64,000 nucleotides of DNA from a virus. The notes beneath the pieces are model-generated. The model saw nothing but the letters and a program-made list of their open reading frames with translations. It did no database searches and had not been told where the DNA came from. Shown here piece by piece: positions 59,555 to 64,000 of the stretch. The position numbers and the translations under genes are program-made. Each line of letters begins with the position of its first letter. The first letter of the stretch is position 1. The stretch covers positions 14,416 through 78,415 of the IMG/VR virus record IMGVR_UViG_3300050509_000438. One strand, written 5' to 3'.

Positions 59555-59708
59555 GAAGGATCGGCAGCTCGAGATCATGAGCGAGTTCAATACCACTTAT
59601 ATGAAGGAGATCGTATACTGGCGCGAAGATGCCGGTAAAAAGAAGAAGCAAAGAAATCTGCTGGCGGCGTCCGCTGCTATTTTGGTGGGGATTCTGCTGT
59701 TTCGGTAA
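59310..59708 (+). CDS. Overlapping +1-frame ORF: signal-like N-terminus, coiled coil, C-terminal TM
   Basis: MCLSLILTASLSG..., then Q/L/E-rich heptad-like sequence, ending in KKKKQRNLLAASAAILVGILLFR. Confidence 0.45.
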   Translation: MRNVCKTFVMCLSLILTASLSGATQDLLLVDRWRLEMAARELMQKDLQDSLLVQKDSLINTLQQINGTRLSMISSLNGVITEKDRQLEIMSEFNTTYMKEIVYWREDAGKKKKQRNLLAASAAILVGILLFR

Positions 59709-59880
59709 AGAGATTGGTGATCATCTTCCCAAGAGCAGTGACAACTGCTGCCCCAATAACCCAGCCTTTATCGACCTCCATGCCTGCAAATGTCGCGGTG
59801 AGTGTTGTACCCATGATCAGGATCGAGTCTCCCAGCTTGCGCCACGCTGGCGGTGTCGGTGAGTAGTAATTCTTCATCAT
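59677..59880 (-). CDS. Small membrane protein (holin-like) downstream of endolysin candidate
   Basis: Start at ATG 59880, forming an ATGA overlap with the endolysin-like stop. MMKNYYSPTPPAWRKLGDSILIMGTTLTATFAGMEVDKGWVIGAAVVTALGKMITNLF has two hydrophobic helices. Confidence 0.45.
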   Translation of the reverse strand: MMKNYYSPTPPAWRKLGDSILIMGTTLTATFAGMEVDKGWVIGAAVVTALGKMITNLFTETAESPPK

Positions 59881-60479
59881 ATCATTTGATCTTCGTTGAA
59901 TAATGCGTAGGAAAAAGGCTTGGCATAAAACTCCCATGACCGGGCACCAACATTGTACCATACAGCATGCTCCTTGTCGTCCTGTAGCACCTGGCATCCT
60001 GCTGAGAATGCACCGACCTTCTCCACGTTCGTATCGTGACGAGTAGTGTGTCCGTTGACTCCTTGAGAGTCTTTATAAATCTTCCCTGTGAGGTCGAGCA
60101 CGCCATCAGAATCGAAATCACGATAGCCTGAGAATACCCCAGGACCTGACTGAACCATAGCCGCGTATTTGCCATTATGCAGCCCCGGCTTCCAGCATCC
60201 AGCATGGAACCCGGCAGCAACAATGAACGTGCCTTTGTCGTTACCGAGCTTATCCTTGAGGTACACCAGTCCGGGCTTGGTAGTGCCTTTAAAGATCAGG
60301 CAGTGCTTATTAAGAAACACATCACACCAGGCAACGCCGATCAGATCATTGAACTCATTGACCGTTGTATCCTTCGACCGGATTCCGAAGTAGTTCACTT
60401 CATATTTACCGGTAAGGAATGGATACTTGTTGTCAGAATATTTATCCTGAATGAGCGCGTAGGTGATGGTTGTGTTCAT
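59877..60479 (-). CDS. Cell-wall hydrolase (endolysin) candidate
   Basis: 200 aa. GTTKPG...FIVAAGFHAGCWKPGLHNGKYAAMVQ...YRDFDSDGVLD...GVNGHTTRHD...FSAGCQVL is a pattern I associate with phage peptidoglycan peptidases (unverified). Flanked by small membrane proteins. Confidence 0.4.
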   Translation of the reverse strand: MNTTITYALIQDKYSDNKYPFLTGKYEVNYFGIRSKDTTVNEFNDLIGVAWCDVFLNKHCLIFKGTTKPGLVYLKDKLGNDKGTFIVAAGFHAGCWKPGLHNGKYAAMVQSGPGVFSGYRDFDSDGVLDLTGKIYKDSQGVNGHTTRHDTNVEKVGAFSAGCQVLQDDKEHAVWYNVGARSWEFYAKPFSYALFNEDQMI

Positions 60480-60883
60480 GCTTCAATTATAGTGGCCAGT
60501 ACAAATCCTGTTTGATCCTCGTAGAATGGCTCAAGGCTGATCTTGATGCTGAACTCTGTCTTGTCTTTTTTAAGACCACGGAGCGACATATCCGTAGTGC
60601 CCATGTTTCTGAACTTAGGGATCTTACTGTAATTAGAAAGATGCGCGTCGTGGCGTGCTCGATACTCTTCCGGCATCAGGTCCGTTATTTTCTTCCCCTC
60701 TATTTCATTGTAGATGTAGCCGAATATATCGTTGATGCGCTTGGAGGCAAAAACGATTAGCCCGGTGGTCATCTCCACTACAATGCAGGGGGCCTGATCG
60801 AGGATCTTCTCATGGATCGTGTTCCTGTCTCCATGAACAAGTTTGAACTTCAGGTCAGCGAGACGTTGTTTGATGTCATCCAT
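60476..60883 (-). CDS. Stand-alone PAS domain protein, FixL (heme-PAS) like
   Basis: ILDQAPCIVVEMTTGLIVFASKRINDIFGYIYNEIEGKKITDLMPEEYRARHDAHLSNY...LRGLKKDKTEFSIKISLEPF is collinear with the FixL heme-PAS (ILMPEPDRSRHDSYISRY...TGKRRDGTTFPMHLSIGEM), including the position of the proximal His. Confidence 0.7.
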   Translation of the reverse strand: MDDIKQRLADLKFKLVHGDRNTIHEKILDQAPCIVVEMTTGLIVFASKRINDIFGYIYNEIEGKKITDLMPEEYRARHDAHLSNYSKIPKFRNMGTTDMSLRGLKKDKTEFSIKISLEPFYEDQTGFVLATIIEA

Positions 60884-61109
60884 TTTGTTTGAAGAAAAAT
60901 CCTATCGCTGCACTTGCCACGATTGCCAGCACTCCGAAGAGTACCCATACCTTTACTTCCATGGCTGACATTCTCGATTCAAGCTTATTGACCTTCTCAT
61001 TTCGGGCGAGCTCAAGTTTTATCTGCTCAATATCTTTCTTTACTTCTTCGACTTTACCAGAGAGATTCGATATCGCTCCTATGATCTGCTTAGCGTCCAC
61101 CGTTGTCAC
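60876..61109 (-). CDS. Small coiled-coil protein with C-terminal TM helix
   Basis: 77 aa ending in VWVLFGVLAIVASAAIGFFF. Confidence 0.45.
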   Translation of the reverse strand: MTTVDAKQIIGAISNLSGKVEEVKKDIEQIKLELARNEKVNKLESRMSAMEVKVWVLFGVLAIVASAAIGFFFKQNG

Positions 61110-61365
61110 GCTTAGCGCCTATTTTCTGCATGAATGAAAAAGCGTTCTTCAGGAACACATTCTCCTGAGCAATGAAGTCATCAAGCTTGCTGTTCATGCC
61201 AGACTGCATGAGTTTGATCTCTTGCAGATCGGACTGCATGTTCTGCAGGTTGAGCGAGTTGATCCGAACCTCTTCCTTGTTCTGGTAATGGCCAACGGAG
61301 AGCCAGATACACCAGCTACCGAAGATTCCAATCACAACAATCAGGGGTACCGTTAGTCCTTCCAT
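61090..61365 (-). CDS. Small protein with N-terminal TM helix
   Basis: 91 aa starting with LTVPLIVVIGIFGSWCIWLSV. Confidence 0.45.
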   Translation of the reverse strand: MEGLTVPLIVVIGIFGSWCIWLSVGHYQNKEEVRINSLNLQNMQSDLQEIKLMQSGMNSKLDDFIAQENVFLKNAFSFMQKIGAKRDNGGR

Positions 61366-61748
61366 GTAAGTATTTTGTTTAAAGCAAAAGGAATCAGTAT
61401 AAAAAACCGCAGGTTGGTCACATTTACATGCAGGTGATGGCTGCCGAAGTAAAGTGTGAACCAGGGATAGTTGTAATTGAAAAAGAACTCGATCACCTCG
61501 GCCAGTTGAATGATGAATGCAACAGCAAAGAACCGTTTGAGCCTATCGGCATACCACCATAGCACTGAGATAAAGATCATGATCTGGGTATGGCAGCAGA
61601 GTATCCAAATGAAAGAATCCCACCTGATAGCCATTTCTGGGGCAAATGGGAATGGTGTTATTGCCACCTCTGGCCAGTTCACCCAGGTCCAGCATTCTTC
61701 AATGACTACCGCCGTGCAGAAGAGGCCGATGATGATGCGCTCTTTCAA
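61353..61748 (-). CDS. Multi-pass membrane protein (holin-class candidate)
   Basis: 131 aa with 3-4 hydrophobic helices. Upstream of the endolysin cluster. Confidence 0.45.
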   Translation of the reverse strand: MKERIIIGLFCTAVVIEECWTWVNWPEVAITPFPFAPEMAIRWDSFIWILCCHTQIMIFISVLWWYADRLKRFFAVAFIIQLAEVIEFFFNYNYPWFTLYFGSHHLHVNVTNLRFFILIPFALNKILTWKD

Positions 61749-61826
61749 GGCTTCCCGGGTGGCGGTGGGGGATTAGCAGGGTTGGTGGCATCCTGTGTTT
61801 TCGGATCCGCCGGCTTCGGCTTGGGT

Positions 61827-62033
61827 TTAGCCTTCGTTGTCTTCTTGGAATTCTTTGCCATGGAGTTTATTATTTAGGGTGTCAATCTCACGCTTGTAAT
61901 ATTTGATCTCATTTTGCAGATTTTCATTCTGTTCGCGCTCCTGCTGTCGTTTACGTCGCTCTTTTTTTGCCCTGTAGGTGAGGATCGTAAACCAAACTCC
62001 CATTACACCGATGAATGCAATGAGGACTGCCAC
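61827..62033 (-). CDS. Small N-terminal-TM protein
   Basis: 68 aa: MAVLIAFIGVMGVWFTILTY followed by a K/E/R-rich tail. Confidence 0.45.
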   Translation of the reverse strand: MAVLIAFIGVMGVWFTILTYRAKKERRKRQQEREQNENLQNEIKYYKREIDTLNNKLHGKEFQEDNEG

Positions 62034-62036
62034 CTT

Positions 62037-62546
62037 TTACTTGTGCGCCTCAAACTCGATCGTGCCTCCTCCGGTCGTATCATAGCTCAACGGAGCGCCG
62101 GCACTCACATGTGTATTACCCGCTGCGAACTGGGCTTCCTGAAGGACTGCCGCAGTTGTTGCATGTGTATTCTTAGCATAGATCATCCTGTAGATCTGCT
62201 GTTCACAGATCAGCGGGCTGATGGGAGTTGCAATATCGGTAGGGAATGCCTCGACAAGCGTGAGAAGCGTATCGGACTCGATGTAATCGATCCGGCGCAC
62301 GACATCCTTGGCATAGATGTGGTCGCCGGGCTTCATTTGGGAGATAAACAGCGTGCCGGTGCCACGGACTTTAGTCCCTTGTGAGATGATCACGCCGTTC
62401 TTATTGACCGGCTGTGGGATGGCTCCTTTTGTCGGGAAGGCTGATCCGGAATAGATCGTTCCATAAGCACCGGGGAAGTTATAGGCGCCTCCGGTTGCCG
62501 CGCGCCAAATACCCACTTCAGGGTGCCACATTGTTTCGTTGATCAT
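62037..62546 (-). CDS. Hypothetical protein (possibly virion)
   Basis: 169-aa ORF. Confidence 0.5.
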   Translation of the reverse strand: MINETMWHPEVGIWRAATGGAYNFPGAYGTIYSGSAFPTKGAIPQPVNKNGVIISQGTKVRGTGTLFISQMKPGDHIYAKDVVRRIDYIESDTLLTLVEAFPTDIATPISPLICEQQIYRMIYAKNTHATTAAVLQEAQFAAGNTHVSAGAPLSYDTTGGGTIEFEAHK

Positions 62547-62576
62547 GGTTGGAGTTCCGGGGTTAATTAATCAAAG

Positions 62577-64000
62577 TTAGCGATTTTTATTAATGGCTTC
62601 AAGCCTCTTAGGGGTCAACACACCCCATCCTGTTTGCATCATAAACTTCTTCTTTCCACGTTCACGGCCTTCTGCGTATAGCTCTTTCAAACGCTCAATA
62701 CGCTGCTCTGGCTTCTGATAGCGCCAGCCCGTGTTGATGTATCCCTGCACCGCGCGGGCACGCTCCTGGCCAACGAAAGTGGCAAGCTGCTCAAACTCCT
62801 TGGGGCTGAGCTTCATGTCAACGCCGCGCACCTTGAGATTCCTGGTGGGCATCGCCGGTAGCCACTCCGAGTTGAAGTTGTCATCTCTCCACGCCTCATA
62901 CAATTTCCATTTGTAACTGTCCGTGTCGACGTTCTTGAATTTGGTAGGGTCGAACAGGTAGTAGGTGAATTTGTTGCGACCTTCTGGGTTCCCGGTGACC
63001 TTCTCTCCCCAGAGGTTGACCTTCGGCGGGAGCTGGCCACCAAGGAAGACCTTGGCTTTGAAGGTTGCGGCGAGGCGATCGGTGAAGTCCCGGTTGTAAG
63101 TATCGCGTATGTACTCGTCGCTGGATTTGCTGATTGTGGCCAGTGTGTTCGGTAACACAATGCTGGATACGGCCCCTGTGGTCTCGATGGCCCATTGCTG
63201 GGTCTCATAACCACCCTGGTCTTGTAAAGCATTTAGGAAAGAATTTGTACCCTTTAGGAAAGATTGTTCCAGGGATGAACTCAACACCCGGGGAGCGGAA
63301 GTCACCATCTCCTCCATGAATCCCGGCATCTGCTGCTCATCCTTGAGCGAACGGAAATAATTGTTGGTGTAGTTGTTGAACAGGATCCCGACAACGCCCA
63401 TCTTTTTATAAGCCACCCAGGTATCATCATCCTTGACGCCCCACCCCTGACCAGTAAGTCCGCGAGCGAGTGCGTCGACGTTCATGGAAGCCGGCGGCAC
63501 GGAGTCGTACTGGATGTTGCGACCCTTCTTATCCTTGTCATCCTCCCATGAGAGCAGGCCCATGGAGAAGAGTTGCTTGGCCACAGTCATGATGATCGCA
63601 CCTACCACAGCCTTACCGATCAGCACGGCGCCATCGCGGCGGTTGCCTTTCATAATACTGTACACTCCGCGCGCGAACGTGAGAGGAGGCAGCGCATAAT
63701 CGAATGTCTCGATTACGATATTGAGCGGGGTCTTGACGTATGGTATTTGGGATTTCAGCAAAACTTTAACAGGCCCTCCGATTAACGGAATGTCTTGCAC
63801 TAAATTCAAAAAGTCAGTAATCGCTTTCTGAATCTTTTTGCTGAGCTCAGTCTCCTGTTGGAATGTGGCCTCTTTACCAGCCTTATCGATCTCAGTCGCA
63901 GATGTCTCATCAGGAAACATCAGGAACTTAATCCGGTCATCGCCCGTGAGCTTCTTTTTGTCAGCTATCTCCATGGCCCTGGCAAGTTCCGATGCCCGCC
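62577..64000 (-). CDS. Large hypothetical (virion?) protein, 5-prime end probably beyond the right edge
   Basis: The track ORF starts at 63974, but the frame stays open to position 64000 (own reading upstream of that Met gives ...RASELARA-MEIADKK). At least 465 aa. No motif recognised. Confidence 0.55.
   Translation of the reverse strand, partial: RASELARAMEIADKKKLTGDDRIKFLMFPDETSATEIDKAGKEATFQQETELSKKIQKAITDFLNLVQDIPLIGGPVKVLLKSQIPYVKTPLNIVIETFDYALPPLTFARGVYSIMKGNRRDGAVLIGKAVVGAIIMTVAKQLFSMGLLSWEDDKDKKGRNIQYDSVPPASMNVDALARGLTGQGWGVKDDDTWVAYKKMGVVGILFNNYTNNYFRSLKDEQQMPGFMEEMVTSAPRVLSSSLEQSFLKGTNSFLNALQDQGGYETQQWAIETTGAVSSIVLPNTLATISKSSDEYIRDTYNRDFTDRLAATFKAKVFLGGQLPPKVNLWGEKVTGNPEGRNKFTYYLFDPTKFKNVDTDSYKWKLYEAWRDDNFNSEWLPAMPTRNLKVRGVDMKLSPKEFEQLATFVGQERARAVQGYINTGWRYQKPEQRIERLKELYAEGRERGKKKFMMQTGWGVLTPKRLEAINKNR

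Noticed and set aside
1-64000. Stop-codon reassignment (as in some Bacteroidota-infecting phages), suggested by the odd tRNA-like gene
   Set aside because: Structural and enzymatic genes give long uninterrupted ORFs with full-length motif collinearity under the standard code. No gene needs TAG or TGA read-through.

Overview
The window reads as an interior piece of a large tailed dsDNA phage or prophage. I saw no rRNA, host housekeeping genes or CRISPR arrays. All functional calls come from motif recognition by eye and from gene order; no database search was run.

There are three transcription blocks.
(1) Minus strand, 29731 down to 1: RecT/exonuclease recombination module, an odd tRNA-like RNA, heptose-nucleotide genes, VRR-NUC nuclease, HNH + terminase, portal, scaffold, capsid candidate, then very large fibre genes.
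(2) Plus strand, 29786-52287: many small early ORFs, a C5-cytosine methyltransferase, a primase-polymerase/helicase followed by an iteron array, a serine recombinase, GmhA and an HNH-AP2 homing endonuclease.
(3) Minus strand, 64000 down to 52263, interrupted by a short plus-strand insert at 58386-59708: virion protein, small membrane proteins, a FixL-like PAS protein, an endolysin-like gene and a glycosyltransferase/methyltransferase island with GroES.

Promoter-like boxes of the Bacteroidota type (TAnnTTTG) and the general lack of Shine-Dalgarno sequences suggest a Bacteroidota host.

Most notable observations:
- The phage encodes all four enzymatic steps needed for ADP-heptose synthesis (GmhA, heptose-7-P kinase, HAD phosphatase, heptose-1-P adenylyltransferase), scattered over three loci. 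It also has GT9 heptosyltransferase-like, GT2 and SAM-methyltransferase genes, which suggests a phage-built methylated heptose glycan.
- A Dcm-type methyltransferase has its motifs split across two completely open overlapping frames.
- A perfect (GGC-NAC)n coding microsatellite (GYGDGNG protein) is translationally coupled to a serine recombinase.
- A stand-alone FixL-like PAS protein sits inside the lysis cluster.
- A 157-nt tRNA-like gene carries a long insertion.
- An iteron-type origin follows the primase gene.
- Intergenic motifs recur (TGTAAAAAT, YAccTTTG next to ATGs, GCAAACTAA at gene junctions).
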